Assembly: GCA_026195255.1 (NCBI GenBank)
Contig: JAPHSS010000026.1
Coordinates: 15,403-79,402 of the forward strand
Reading direction: 5' to 3'
Source: Gammaproteobacteria bacterium
Lineage (GTDB): Bacteria; Pseudomonadota; Gammaproteobacteria; SZUA-229
Length of the DNA: 64,000 nucleotides
The stretch's first letter is position 1; each line of letters begins with the position of its first letter. The notes under the pieces are model-generated. The model was not told the DNA's origin, made no database searches, and saw only the letters and a program-made list of their open reading frames with translations. The translations under genes were made by a program, and so were the position numbers. This document shows, one piece after another, positions 1 to 10,448 of this stretch.

Positions 1-1
1 C

Positions 2-802
2 AGCGACGAGCCATTTTCACAGTTATTAACTCAGGGAATGGTGTTAAAAGATGGCACCAAAATGTCCAAGTCAAAAGGAAATACGGTTGACCCCCAGGGT
101 TTAATTGAGATTTACGGTGCAGATACGGTGCGTTTATTTACCATGTTTGCCGCGCCCCCGGAGCAATCTCTTGAGTGGTCTGATGAAGGTGTGGATGGCG
201 CAGCGCGTTTTCTGAAACGGTTGTATCGATTGATTTTCAATCATCTTGATAGTGCTGATGAAAGTGCGTTTTCTGAATTAGTGATAAATAAAGCAAACTT
301 AACAGATGATCAAAAAGCGCTACGTTTCAAACTACATCAAACGATAGAGAAAGTAGGTGATGATATTGGTCGTCGTTACACGTTTAACACAGCTATCGCT
401 GCGGTCATGGAGCTGAGTAATGAGTTATCAAAATTCAAAGATGACTCGGATAATGGTCGAGCCATAGTTCAGGAAGCATTAGACGCTATGGTCTTAATGA
501 TGTCGCCCATAGTTCCGCATTTTTGCCATAAAATGTGGAAAGAGCTGGGGCATCAAAGCATGATTATTGACGAAACATGGCCAGTGGCAGATAAAGACGC
601 AATGGTTCAGGACAGTATTGAGCTAATGGTTCAGGTAAATGGAAAACTACGTAGTAAAATAACAGTGGCCGCTGATGCAAATAAAGAAAGTATAGAGGCC
701 ATGGCGCAAGAAGATGCAAATGTTAAAACACATACAGATGGAAAAACGGTGCGTAAAATTATTGTTGTGCCGGGTCGGCTTGTGAATATAGTCGCTAACT
801 GA
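2..802 (+). CDS. leuS: Leucyl-tRNA synthetase, C-terminal part (5' end is outside the window)
   Basis: Open from base 2 (SDEPFSQLLTQGMVL); KMSKS motif, YGADTVRLF, C-terminal VQVNGKLR; followed by lptE-holA. Confidence 0.97.
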   Translation, partial: SDEPFSQLLTQGMVLKDGTKMSKSKGNTVDPQGLIEIYGADTVRLFTMFAAPPEQSLEWSDEGVDGAARFLKRLYRLIFNHLDSADESAFSELVINKANLTDDQKALRFKLHQTIEKVGDDIGRRYTFNTAIAAVMELSNELSKFKDDSDNGRAIVQEALDAMVLMMSPIVPHFCHKMWKELGHQSMIIDETWPVADKDAMVQDSIELMVQVNGKLRSKITVAADANKESIEAMAQEDANVKTHTDGKTVRKIIVVPGRLVNIVAN

Positions 803-1335
803 TGAATTGCCGGAGTTATAAACTGGCTGACGGAGTATCAGGCTTGCATGTGAAAAACGGTATTATTTATGTCATGTGTTTTTTATTGTTGAGTGCATGT
901 GGTTTTAAATTACGTGGCGCTTATAAGTTACCTGTAGAGATGCAGATAACCTATGTTGATGCGGCACAGAAAGACTCCACGCTAAGCCGTGCATTAATTA
1001 GAAGTCTTAAAGCAAGTAATATAAAAATTACTGAAAAGGCAGCTGATAATATCGCTGTTTTAAAGTTGTCACAGGAAAGTAAAACAAAAAGAATTGTCTC
1101 GGTTGATGCAAATGGTCGCGCAAGAGAATATACGCTTACCTATGCAATAAACTTTCAGGTGAATGTAAAAGAAAGTAAATTTGAAATTGAAAATCAAAAT
1201 ATCAGTATAGATCGAGATTTTCAGTTTGATACTGAAGATGTTTTAGGAAATAGTCGAGAAGAGTCTCAGTTGTATGAAGAAATGCAGCAGGATTTAATTC
1301 GGCTTATTTTGTTACGCTTACAGAGTAAAGCTTAA
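802..1335 (+). CDS. lptE: LPS-assembly lipoprotein LptE (true start may be slightly downstream)
   Basis: Lipobox LSAC-GFKLRG; lies between leuS and holA. Confidence 0.92.
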   Translation: MNCRSYKLADGVSGLHVKNGIIYVMCFLLLSACGFKLRGAYKLPVEMQITYVDAAQKDSTLSRALIRSLKASNIKITEKAADNIAVLKLSQESKTKRIVSVDANGRAREYTLTYAINFQVNVKESKFEIENQNISIDRDFQFDTEDVLGNSREESQLYEEMQQDLIRLILLRLQSKA

Positions 1336-1340
1336 ATAAA

Positions 1341-2333
1341 ATGAAAGTGCGACCTGATCAACTTGAACGACATTTAAATAATGATCTTGCTGCAATATAT
1401 TTTATTTGTGGAGATGAGCCTTTGCAGGTAATGGAGTCAGCTGACCGTATTCGACTAGAAGCACGTAAGCGTGACTACTCTGAGCGAGAAGTAATGGATG
1501 TGGATGCTCAGTTTGACTGGAACCAGTTACTTGATGCAGCTAATAGTTTGTCATTATTTGCAGAAAAAAGAATTTTAGAATTACGCTTGCCGACAGGTAA
1601 ACCGGGTAAGGTCGGCTCTAAAATATTACAGGAGTATGCTCAACGCCCTGCAGATGATGCTATTTTAATAATCAGTAGCGGCAAACTTGAAGGCAGCTCA
1701 AAAAATACCAAATGGTTTAAAACTCTGGATCAACAAGGGGTTGTTATACAATGTTGGCCAGTTAATGCCGATCAGCTTCCGGGCTGGATTAATCAGCGTT
1801 TACAGTCAAAAGGAATAAATGCAGACAGGCAAGCGGTGCAGTTATTATCTGATCGTGTTGAAGGTAATATGTTAGCAGCAGCTCAGGAAGTAGATAAATT
1901 ATTTTTGTTACATGGTGCGGGTAAGCTGAATTTCGAACAAACGGCATCTGCTGTGGCTGATAGTGCAAGATTCAATATTTATGATCTTGTTGATAGTGCA
2001 TTAGTTGGTGATGTAACGCGCACATCGAGGATTATTGGTGGTTTAAAAAATGAAGGTGTAGAGCCCGTGCTAATGCTCTGGGCCTTAAGTCGTGAAGTGC
2101 GCATGATTGCCAAAATATCCGAGGCTACTATTTCGGCTGATGCGGCAATGAGTAAGTTACGTGTCTGGGATAATAGAAAAGTTATAATAAGAAAAGCCCT
2201 GTCTCGTCATAGTGCAGCACGTTGGAAAATGTTTTTAAAGCGCTGTGCAAAAATAGATAAAGTAATAAAAGGTGTTGAGCAGGGGCGTGCCTGGGATGAG
2301 TTATTAATGTTAAGTACGCAAATATCACAATAG
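1341..2333 (+). CDS. holA: DNA polymerase III delta subunit
   Basis: GDEPL, SLSLFAEKR and EGNMLAAAQE motifs; synteny. Confidence 0.95.
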   Translation: MKVRPDQLERHLNNDLAAIYFICGDEPLQVMESADRIRLEARKRDYSEREVMDVDAQFDWNQLLDAANSLSLFAEKRILELRLPTGKPGKVGSKILQEYAQRPADDAILIISSGKLEGSSKNTKWFKTLDQQGVVIQCWPVNADQLPGWINQRLQSKGINADRQAVQLLSDRVEGNMLAAAQEVDKLFLLHGAGKLNFEQTASAVADSARFNIYDLVDSALVGDVTRTSRIIGGLKNEGVEPVLMLWALSREVRMIAKISEATISADAAMSKLRVWDNRKVIIRKALSRHSAARWKMFLKRCAKIDKVIKGVEQGRAWDELLMLSTQISQ

Positions 2334-2430
2334 ATAATTATCGTATTTAGAAATTAGAGTACATAGAGTAAAAACAATATGAAACACTCTGTGTCTACAA
2401 AGCAAAATTTTAAGGTTTATAGGAAAAAGT

Positions 2431-3423
2431 ATGAAAAAGTATCATGTATATGGCATCGGTAATGCATTGGTTGATATGGAGTTTGAAGTTGAAGATAGCT
2501 TCTTTAGTGATAATGGAATTGATAAGAGTTTAATGACGCTGGTTGATGAAGAACGTCAACATGAGTTAATGGGGCACCTGGATGCGTTTGATGGAAAGAA
2601 AGCATCAGGTGGTTCAGCCGCTAACACGATTATTGCCAACAGTTACTTTGGTGGAAAGTCGTTTTACTCCTGTAAAGTGGCAAGTGATGAGCTGGGTGAC
2701 TTTTATGTCAATGACCTGCAGCAAGCGGGAGTTGATAGTAATGTAGGTGATGGTCGTAAAGAAGGTATTACTGGCAAGTGCCTGGTAATGGTTACCCCTG
2801 ATGCCGAACGTACTATGAATACCTACCTGGGTATTACCTCAACGTTTTCGGTTGATGAATTGCATTTATCAGCAATAAAAGAATCGGAATATTTATATAT
2901 CGAAGGTTACCTTGTTTCATCAGATACCGGGCGTCACGCGGCAATTGAAGCACGCAAAGTAGCAGAAGAAAATGGTGTTAAAACAGCAATTACATTTTCT
3001 GACCCAGCCATGGTGCAGTTTTTTAAAGATGGCCTGAAAGAAATGATTGGCACTAAAGTCGATTTGATTTTCTGTAATGAAGCGGAAGCCTTAAGTTGGG
3101 CTGATACAGATGATATCGATACAGCTATTGAGTCCCTTAAGCAGGTTGCAAATACATTTGCTGTTACTTTTGGTCCTAAAGGCGCGATACTGTTTGATGG
3201 TAAGCATCTGCTTGATATTTCAGCCCATGAAGCTAAAGCGGTGGACTCTAACGGTGCAGGAGATATGTTTGCAGGCGCATTTCTGTATGCGATTACCCAC
3301 GGGCATTCATTCTATGAGGCGGGTAATATTGCCAGCCTTGCAGCGGCTAAAGTGGTTAGTCAGTTTGGTCCAAGATTGGCAGCATCCGAGCATCAAGATA
3401 TACTGGATATGGTTTTAGGTTGA
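2431..3423 (+). CDS. PfkB-family (adenosine/inosine-type) kinase
   Basis: GIGNALVD, SGGSAANT, DAERTMNTYLG and DSNGAGDMFAG signatures. Confidence 0.88.
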   Translation: MKKYHVYGIGNALVDMEFEVEDSFFSDNGIDKSLMTLVDEERQHELMGHLDAFDGKKASGGSAANTIIANSYFGGKSFYSCKVASDELGDFYVNDLQQAGVDSNVGDGRKEGITGKCLVMVTPDAERTMNTYLGITSTFSVDELHLSAIKESEYLYIEGYLVSSDTGRHAAIEARKVAEENGVKTAITFSDPAMVQFFKDGLKEMIGTKVDLIFCNEAEALSWADTDDIDTAIESLKQVANTFAVTFGPKGAILFDGKHLLDISAHEAKAVDSNGAGDMFAGAFLYAITHGHSFYEAGNIASLAAAKVVSQFGPRLAASEHQDILDMVLG

Positions 3424-3495
3424 TTATACGTGTCTTTGAATGGTGCTATAAATATAGATAAATCAGTCACGAATTAAAACATACAGGGTAAAACA

Positions 3496-3857
3496 ATGAT
3501 TAAAATAGTTGCTCTCCAGGCATTACTATTACTTTCATTGTATGCATAAAATGCATTTCAGCGGACAAGAATGGTCGATACTGGATATATAAAATGGTAC
3601 GTCAGAACTGTGATACATATTTTGAGTCGCTTATAAGGGGATTTTCTGAAATATCATATAAAAAACCGGTTTCAGGTTATGTAGCAGCCAGTAACCATTA
3701 TTCAGGTGATACTTATAATTTATCATGTGAAACTGATTTTCAAGGTGCAATGATCAGGTTAGGCATGTATTGTGGTAAGTACCCTGAAAACACTATATAT
3801 ATGGCACTGGCAAGCTTAAGTGCAAAATATTACCGAAAACGGGAAAAAATAAAGTAA
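3496..3857 (+). pseudogene. Probable frameshifted small secreted protein
   Basis: Signal-peptide-like MIKIVALQALLLLSLYA (3496) stops at TAA 3547; another frame continues SADKNGRYWIYK into ORF 3594-3857. Confidence 0.5.
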
Positions 3858-4033
3858 TTCAGTGGTTTATGCGGTTATCTGCTGGTAATTTAAAAAATCG
3901 TTATAATAATGTGAGTGTTTTATAGTTGGCAAAAGTTAAATAGCGACTATTATTTTAAGTTAAAGAGATAAAAATCTGCATAAGCTGTTTTATGATTTAA
4001 TAAGCATGTCAGTATGGATAAGGTGAGTATCAG

Positions 4034-4333
4034 GTGACTAAGGAACTTAGGAAACACCCTCGAAGAATAGTACATCTTGAAGTAGAACTGGGTTTTCCTT
4101 CAGGTGAAAAGAAAACGGTTAGAACACAGGATATTAGTGACGGAGGTGTTTTCCTCGTTGTTGATAAGCTGCGTCGTCCAATAATAGGTGAAGTAGTTGA
4201 AGTTAAAATAGTGAATGACGATCAAAATACCGGAATAACTTTTCCAAGTAATGATGCGGTTGTTGTTAGACAGGAAGAAGGCGGAGTTGGTGTTGCCTTT
4301 ATTGAGTTAGATTTCGGTAATGAATTCTCTTGA
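4034..4333 (+). CDS. Stand-alone PilZ domain protein (c-di-GMP receptor)
   Basis: RKHPR (RxxxR) and DISDGG (DxSxxG) motifs, 99 aa. Confidence 0.88.
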   Translation: MTKELRKHPRRIVHLEVELGFPSGEKKTVRTQDISDGGVFLVVDKLRRPIIGEVVEVKIVNDDQNTGITFPSNDAVVVRQEEGGVGVAFIELDFGNEFS

Positions 4334-4499
4334 TTGTTCTGTTTTTCATGTATTTTATCTTGCTGTGTCAAAGACAGTTAGCTATTTCTAAAATTATAGT
4401 AATGAAAGTCATTAAAGAGTTCTAAGAGAATAATATGAGTAATTTGCCAAATGAAAACTGCGATGATGGCAGAAACATGGATAGTGAGGGAAGCTTCAG

Positions 4500-7025
4500 G
4501 TGAGTGATTCTGAAAACGAAAACCAGACTGAACAGGGTTTGGATGAGCAACCAAAATATTACACTGAGCTGGTTGATGAAATCATATCTCAGCTGGAAGA
4601 GTTTTTTGAAACTCATCTAGAAGACGTATTTAAAAAAGCTGATGATTACCTGTTCGATGCTGCAAATAGTGCAAGCAGTACGGCTGAGCAAAACGGCCTA
4701 TTTGAATGCATGAATGCAATTCGCGCTGACAAGAAGTTTATGCAACAAGGGTTTGTTGATGAATTAAGTTCATATTTGCAGCCTATGAGTGAGCTTGACG
4801 AATTACCGGCAAAAAAGAAGTCTAAAAAAACAGTTGCTCTGGGTTTGGTCGAGCAAAATGAAATGGACGAAATGGTGACCTTGACCACCATCAGCAGTAA
4901 AGCCGCGATGGATCATTCTGAATCCATCAGTAACCTGATCACTCGATTTAAAGAACTCGGTAAATATAATAACGATATTTTTCACGGTGAAGCGCTTGAG
5001 CCCAAGCGTTTGTGTGATGCTATGCATGAAGCGGTATCTCAAACCGATTTAATTGATGGTAACCGATTAGTTGTATATCGTTTTTTTAATGAGGCTTTAA
5101 TAAAAGATATTGGCAAGCTTTACGATACTTTAAATAATCTGTTAATTGACCAGGGAATATTACCTGAAATTGATTTTAGTGGAATGGCGCCTCATTACGA
5201 GGAAACAGCGCATCAGGAGGATGTTGTTGAAGATGAAGCGCCGCCACAGGATGCACCACCACCTCAGGGTAGAAGAGCCTTTGGAAGTGGTATGCAGGGT
5301 TATGCCGGGCATAGACAACAGGCGCCGCCTATGAATGCAGGTGCACCCGGCGTGCCCGGGTCTCCACCACCTATGCCTCCTCAGGCTTATCAGCAGCCTT
5401 CATCAGGCGGTTATGCTCCAGCCGCTCCCAGGCGAGCTTTCGGCAGCGGCATGCGAGGTTACGCACAGGGCGCTGGGCAGAATAATTCTCAGGCTGTGAG
5501 TTCGTCGGCCGCAGCATCTACAGGGCCAGCCGGCCAGGAGTTTTCTGCGGGTGTACCTGTTGGTCAGGTTAGACAAAGCATAGAAAACTATATGGGTGGC
5601 AGTCAAAGTGATGCTGCACCTGCTGGTGGTTCAGGTTATTACTCTCAACAACAGGTAATGACGGCGTTAACTGAATTACAGGCTCCAGCTGAGGACTTAA
5701 GTCAGACTCCATTAGTTTTTGATGCTAATCAGATCAAAAAAGCAGTGCTTTCGAGCATTGGTGAAACTGAAGGTGGTGCGGTAACAAAAGCAGTTCATCA
5801 CGTTTCTGAAAAAACAATCGATTTCATCAAACTTATATTTGATGCGATTATTGATGAAGAAAGCATTACGGATGAAATTAAGACGCTTTTATTAAGTTTG
5901 CAAATCCCGGTTATAAAAGCAGCCATGCTGGATGCAGACTTTTTCGTTGATGACCGGCATCCGGCGCGTCAATTACTCGATAAGATAGCCGAAGCCGGGG
6001 TTGGTGTGTCTGAACATCATGACCCGGTATACATAGATATTGAAAAAATAGTACGTAAGTTATTAACTGATTATAATGATGATGTTGTGGCATTTAAAGT
6101 TGCATTAGATGAGTTAAAAGAGCTTACAGAAGAGATATATCGAAAAGCTCGCGAAACAGAAGCAGCGTCACAGAAAACGATAAAAATGGCACATGCTAAA
6201 AGTATTGTGTTGCAGGAAATTCGTAAAATCACAATTGGCAAAGAGTTACCAGAGGGTGTGCGTACACTTGTATTAAAGATTTGGCCTAGCATGATGTTTA
6301 ATCATTTTTTAAAAAATGGTAAAGCAAATGATGAGTGGGTTGAATTATTAATGATTCTGCAGAAAATCATTGAAAGCGTGCAACCAATAAACTCGAAGGC
6401 AGAGCTGGAAGAGCTTGGCCTAACTAATCACGACATAGTTGAGGCGACTAGAAGTAAATTAGCGAACTGTAAAAAAGGTAAAAAAGTTGCCGATGCGGTT
6501 CTGCATGATCTGGAAGCTACCTATGAAGCACTGATGTCGGCATCTGAAGTTACAGAAGAGCTGGATGATGAGCCGCAAGTTGATGCACAATTGCTTGAGC
6601 AAACTGCTGAGACTGAGTCACCTGAAGACGCACTAGCGGAAAAAAGGTCTGGAGCAGAGGCTGATTCTGAAGAGGAGCTGGAATTAGAGCAGGAAGAGGC
6701 ACTAGCTGAAGCCGAACCTGAACCGGAAGTTGATCCGGAAATAACCGCGAAAGAAAAAATTGCCAGGTTGCCAGAAGGTGTTGCGCCAGGTGCCTGGTTT
6801 ATAGTTTATAACGGTGAAGATAAACCAGTAAGGCGACTCAAACTCGCCGTAATACTGGTACATGATGCGTCAATGGTGTTTGTTGATCATCTGGGTAATG
6901 TGGTTATTGAAAAAGAGGCGGATGTGTTTGCGGATGAAATAGAAAGAGGTTTGTCGGGCATAATTATGCAACACTCTGTATTTGACCATGCACTACATTC
7001 AGCGCTTGAGTCTATTGAGCATTAA
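4500..7025 (+). CDS. DUF1631-family protein with a Pro/Gly/Gln-rich insert and an acidic linker
   Basis: LQIPVIKAAMLDADFF..HPARQLLD core; C-terminal GAWF...RLKLA...FVDHLG domain. Confidence 0.75.
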   Translation: MSDSENENQTEQGLDEQPKYYTELVDEIISQLEEFFETHLEDVFKKADDYLFDAANSASSTAEQNGLFECMNAIRADKKFMQQGFVDELSSYLQPMSELDELPAKKKSKKTVALGLVEQNEMDEMVTLTTISSKAAMDHSESISNLITRFKELGKYNNDIFHGEALEPKRLCDAMHEAVSQTDLIDGNRLVVYRFFNEALIKDIGKLYDTLNNLLIDQGILPEIDFSGMAPHYEETAHQEDVVEDEAPPQDAPPPQGRRAFGSGMQGYAGHRQQAPPMNAGAPGVPGSPPPMPPQAYQQPSSGGYAPAAPRRAFGSGMRGYAQGAGQNNSQAVSSSAAASTGPAGQEFSAGVPVGQVRQSIENYMGGSQSDAAPAGGSGYYSQQQVMTALTELQAPAEDLSQTPLVFDANQIKKAVLSSIGETEGGAVTKAVHHVSEKTIDFIKLIFDAIIDEESITDEIKTLLLSLQIPVIKAAMLDADFFVDDRHPARQLLDKIAEAGVGVSEHHDPVYIDIEKIVRKLLTDYNDDVVAFKVALDELKELTEEIYRKARETEAASQKTIKMAHAKSIVLQEIRKITIGKELPEGVRTLVLKIWPSMMFNHFLKNGKANDEWVELLMILQKIIESVQPINSKAELEELGLTNHDIVEATRSKLANCKKGKKVADAVLHDLEATYEALMSASEVTEELDDEPQVDAQLLEQTAETESPEDALAEKRSGAEADSEEELELEQEEALAEAEPEPEVDPEITAKEKIARLPEGVAPGAWFIVYNGEDKPVRRLKLAVILVHDASMVFVDHLGNVVIEKEADVFADEIERGLSGIIMQHSVFDHALHSALESIEH

Positions 7026-7050
7026 GCGAGTCTCTGAGTTAGAAAAATAT

Positions 7051-7812
7051 ATGAAAAAAATATTCTGCTCACTCTCTTTTTTTAGTTTGTTGTTATTTAC
7101 GGGTTTAACTCAGGCTTGTTGGGATTTAAAAGAAAGAAGTAATATCGAGGGTTTTGCGGAGCTTGATGATGTGCTTATTATTTCTCTTAAGGATGCGATT
7201 AGTTGCAAGCCCTTAGCAAGTGTAAATATTATGTTAGGTGAGCTTGAATATAAAACAGATTCTCGTGGTTATATTGAGTTACCTATGCAACCTTTTGCTT
7301 CTCAAATGGAAGCAAGCATGCACTTCAAAGCCAGTAAAACCGGCTACATTACCTTATCTACTGATTTGTTAGTTGAGGCGGGTACGGTTTTAAATCGTCG
7401 CATGGTGCTTAGTCCTGTTTTGCCTCCGGGTAAAACCCGTTTTGTGCTGCAGTGGGAGGATGAGCCGCAAGATCTGGATCTGCACTTGAAAGGGCCTGAC
7501 TTTCATATCTCATATCGAAATATGAAAAACGCCCCAAATCGAGCCAGGCTTGATGTAGATGAGTTAGAAGGTTATGGCCCTGAAACGATTACACTGGAGC
7601 GCATTGATGACAGGCAAACCTATGATTTGTCTGTGTACAATTATTCTAATGATGCAGATTTCAAAGGCGTTGAGTTAATTTATGTATATGCAGGTGACCG
7701 CCTTGTAAAAGAAATGCGTCTGCCAGTTAATAAAAAACGTTCAGTTCAGGTATTACAAATCAAAAACGCTAAATATAATTTTTTAAACATGCCGACAGAT
7801 CAGAAACCTTAA
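7051..7812 (+). CDS. Secreted protein with a YfaP/DUF2135-like C-terminal domain
   Basis: Signal peptide MKKIFCSLSFFSLLLF; FVLQW..DLDLHL and GYGPETIT motifs; ATG 7051 preferred to 6982. Confidence 0.6.
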   Translation: MKKIFCSLSFFSLLLFTGLTQACWDLKERSNIEGFAELDDVLIISLKDAISCKPLASVNIMLGELEYKTDSRGYIELPMQPFASQMEASMHFKASKTGYITLSTDLLVEAGTVLNRRMVLSPVLPPGKTRFVLQWEDEPQDLDLHLKGPDFHISYRNMKNAPNRARLDVDELEGYGPETITLERIDDRQTYDLSVYNYSNDADFKGVELIYVYAGDRLVKEMRLPVNKKRSVQVLQIKNAKYNFLNMPTDQKP

Positions 7813-7821
7813 TTAATAATT

Positions 7822-7867
7822 AGTCGTAAGTCGTAAGTCGTAAGTCGTAAGTCGTAAGTCGTAAGTC
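7822..7867. repeat. Tandem heptamer (AGTCGTA) x6.6 with an inverted copy at 7886-7895
   Basis: Read directly; CTTACGACTA is the reverse complement of TAGTCGTAAG (7821-7830). Confidence 0.95.
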
Positions 7868-7944
7868 AGTTAAAACAGGTTAAGGCTTACGACTATCTAT
7901 TTTATATGTCAAAATAGCCCTTTATTTAATTATCCCTGAATACC

Positions 7945-9192
7945 ATGAAAGAATACATGTCACAATTAGGCCAGCGAGCCAGAGCGGCTTCTACTGAGAT
8001 GTCACGCGCCGAGTCTTCGGTAAAGAATCAGGCATTGTTAGCTATTGCCGATGCTATAGATAGTTCAGTAGATACTCTGAAAATTGAAAACCAGAAAGAT
8101 TTACAGGCTGGTAAAGATAATGGGCTTGATGCTGCAATGCTGGATCGGCTTGAATTAAATGATGAGCGAATTTCTGGAATGTCTGAAGGTTTAAGGCAAA
8201 TAGCCGCGCTTCAGGATCCGATTGGTGAAATATCCGATATGGCTTATCGTCCATCGGGAATTCAAATCGGTAAAATGCGAGTGCCTTTAGGCGTGATTGG
8301 AATTATTTATGAATCAAGACCTAATGTAACTGCTGATGCAGCAGGGCTTTGTTTAAAGTCGGGTAATGCGACTATCCTACGCGGTGGTTCGGAGGCAATT
8401 CACTCGAATAAGGCGGTTGCTAAATGTATTCAGCAAGGTTTAACGCAAGCGGGTTTGCCCGCCGATGCCGTGCAGGTAGTAGAAACCACAGACAGGGCTG
8501 CGGTGGGTGAGTTGATCACCTCAAGTGAAACTGTTGATGTGATTATTCCTCGAGGAGGCAAAAGCCTGATTGAGCGAATTAGTAAAGAAGCAACAGTGCC
8601 TGTTATAAAACATCTGGATGGAATTTGTCATGTTTATGTTGATGCAGAGGCAGACCTGAAAAAGGCCAGTGATATTGCGTTCAATTCTAAAACGCACCGA
8701 TATGGTGTCTGTAATGCTATGGAAACATTACTGCTGCATGAGTCAATTGCTGTGGAGTGTTTGTCTGCACTGGAAAAAAGGTTTGCTGATAAAGGTGTCG
8801 AATTAAGAGGTTGTGAAAAAACCTGTAAAATAATCGACTGTAAACCTGCAAATGATGATGACTGGGATACGGAGTATCTTGCAGCCATATTATCCATAAA
8901 GGTTGTTACTGATATTGACCAGGCAATAAGCCATATTAACAAACACGGTTCACATCACACTGACACGATTGTTTCGGAAAATTACACACTGGCCAGACGC
9001 TTCTTAAGAGAAGTAGACTCCAGCTCAGTTATGGTGAACGCTTCCACTCGATTTGCAGATGGTTTTGAGTATGGCCTGGGTGCTGAAATAGGTATTAGCA
9101 CGGATAAGTTACACGCCCGTGGACCAGTAGGCCTGGAAGGTTTAACTTCTCTTAAATATATAGTCCTGGGTGATGGTCAGATTCGAGAGTGA
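7945..9192 (+). CDS. proA: Gamma-glutamyl phosphate reductase
   Basis: [26 protein letters not shown] and [11 protein letters not shown] motifs. Confidence 0.97.
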   Translation: MKEYMSQLGQRARAASTEMSRAESSVKNQALLAIADAIDSSVDTLKIENQKDLQAGKDNGLDAAMLDRLELNDERISGMSEGLRQIAALQDPIGEISDMAYRPSGIQIGKMRVPLGVIGIIYESRPNVTADAAGLCLKSGNATILRGGSEAIHSNKAVAKCIQQGLTQAGLPADAVQVVETTDRAAVGELITSSETVDVIIPRGGKSLIERISKEATVPVIKHLDGICHVYVDAEADLKKASDIAFNSKTHRYGVCNAMETLLLHESIAVECLSALEKRFADKGVELRGCEKTCKIIDCKPANDDDWDTEYLAAILSIKVVTDIDQAISHINKHGSHHTDTIVSENYTLARRFLREVDSSSVMVNASTRFADGFEYGLGAEIGISTDKLHARGPVGLEGLTSLKYIVLGDGQIRE

Positions 9193-9260
9193 TGTGCAGT
9201 TAAAATGAATTCACCTATACGTTTTTTTTATGGGTGTGAATGCGGCTGAGGCACTTCTCC

Positions 9261-9401
9261 CTCGGGGATGGACCGCCGCTGTTTGGTGCTCTGTCCCCTT
9301 ATTGATGCCATCAAGAGATGAGCTGAGTCGTTCATCGCCCTGCCATACTGATCGGAATTACCACAGGGGACGGAGCGCAAAAAGCGCGGTCCATCCCCGA
9401 G
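9261..9401. repeat. Palindromic intergenic element, copy A (related to 58084-58253)
   Basis: Perfect 16-bp terminal inverted repeat CTCGGGGATGGACCGC; imperfect arms of about 38 bp. Confidence 0.85.
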
Positions 9402-9449
9402 TAAAGCAATCAAACGATTGAGAATAACAGGTCTTCAAACTAGAAATCT

Positions 9450-10079
9450 ATGAACAAACTAATCGGCATACTGGGTGGCACCTTTGACCCAATTCATTTC
9501 GGTCATCTGCGACCTGCACTGGATATTATGCAGCAGGTGGGCTTGTCGGAAGTGCGGTTTATCCCTAATCGGCTGCCACCTCATAGGCAAGCTCCCAGGC
9601 TGAACGATTTACAAAGAGCAGAGCTGGTTCAGCTGGCTATATCTGATAGATCTGAATTTGTGTTTGATGATCGTGAGCTGCAACGTGATGGACCATCCTA
9701 TATGGTTGATACGTTGCAAAGTCTGAAGACTGATTTTCCTGATGCGACCTTATGTTTGATTATGGGTATGGATGCCTTTAACGGTTTGCCACAATGGCAT
9801 CGCTGGCAGTCTATACTTGAGTTATGTCATATTATAGTCAGCACGCGACCGGGGTCAGAATTGCCCGGTTTTGCTCTAAATGCAGCTTTTTCTCAAAATA
9901 TAAACCATGCCCCCGAAAGCCTGTTGCAAAGATCTTTTGGGCAAATTCTGTTACAATCGGTCACTCAGCTGGATATTTCAGCCAGCCAGATACGAAATTA
10001 CCTGTCCCTGGGGCAGAGCACACAATACCTGTTACCCGAAACCGTTAGAGATAAACTTGAACAAGCCTATGCCGAATAA
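9450..10079 (+). CDS. nadD: Nicotinate-nucleotide adenylyltransferase
   Basis: [24 protein letters not shown] and ISASQIR motifs. Confidence 0.96.
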   Translation: MNKLIGILGGTFDPIHFGHLRPALDIMQQVGLSEVRFIPNRLPPHRQAPRLNDLQRAELVQLAISDRSEFVFDDRELQRDGPSYMVDTLQSLKTDFPDATLCLIMGMDAFNGLPQWHRWQSILELCHIIVSTRPGSELPGFALNAAFSQNINHAPESLLQRSFGQILLQSVTQLDISASQIRNYLSLGQSTQYLLPETVRDKLEQAYAE

Positions 10080-10440
10080 TGCAAACCCACCTACTGTAGA
10101 TTTAAAACAACTTATATTAACTACCCTGGAAGACATGAAAGCTGAAGATGTTATTGAGCTGGATGTCAATGGTAAAACCAGTGTTACTGACCTGTTAATC
10201 ATAGCCAGTGGAACATCTAGTCGTCATGTTAAATCTATCGCGTCTAATGTTGCGATAGAAGCTAAAAAACATGGCAAGAAACCTCTGGGAATTGAGGGAG
10301 AAGCACAGGGCGAATGGGTACTGGTCGATTTGGGCGATATTGTTGTGCATGTTATGCAGCCTCATGTGCGACAGTTTTATGATCTTGAAAAATTGTGGAG
10401 CTTCGACGAGCATTCCGGGACAGCAGCTGAATCAAAGTAA
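10069..10440 (+). CDS. rsfS: Ribosome silencing factor
   Basis: [22 protein letters not shown] and FYDLEKLW motifs; ATG 10069 overlaps the nadD end. Confidence 0.95.
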   Translation: MPNNANPPTVDLKQLILTTLEDMKAEDVIELDVNGKTSVTDLLIIASGTSSRHVKSIASNVAIEAKKHGKKPLGIEGEAQGEWVLVDLGDIVVHVMQPHVRQFYDLEKLWSFDEHSGTAAESK

Positions 10441-10448
10441 GTTTATAA

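Noticed and set aside
7822..7867. Possible CRISPR array
   Set aside because: 7-bp units with no spacers and no cas genes; no CRISPR repeat-spacer structure seen anywhere in the window
9228..9421. ORFs of 61-63 aa on both strands (also 58076-58258)
   Set aside because: They coincide with the GC-rich palindromic elements and show no protein-like features; open frames are a by-product of the repeat
9907..10068. N-terminal extension of rsfS in the ORF track
   Set aside because: Overlaps nadD; RsfS-like sequence starts after ATG 10069
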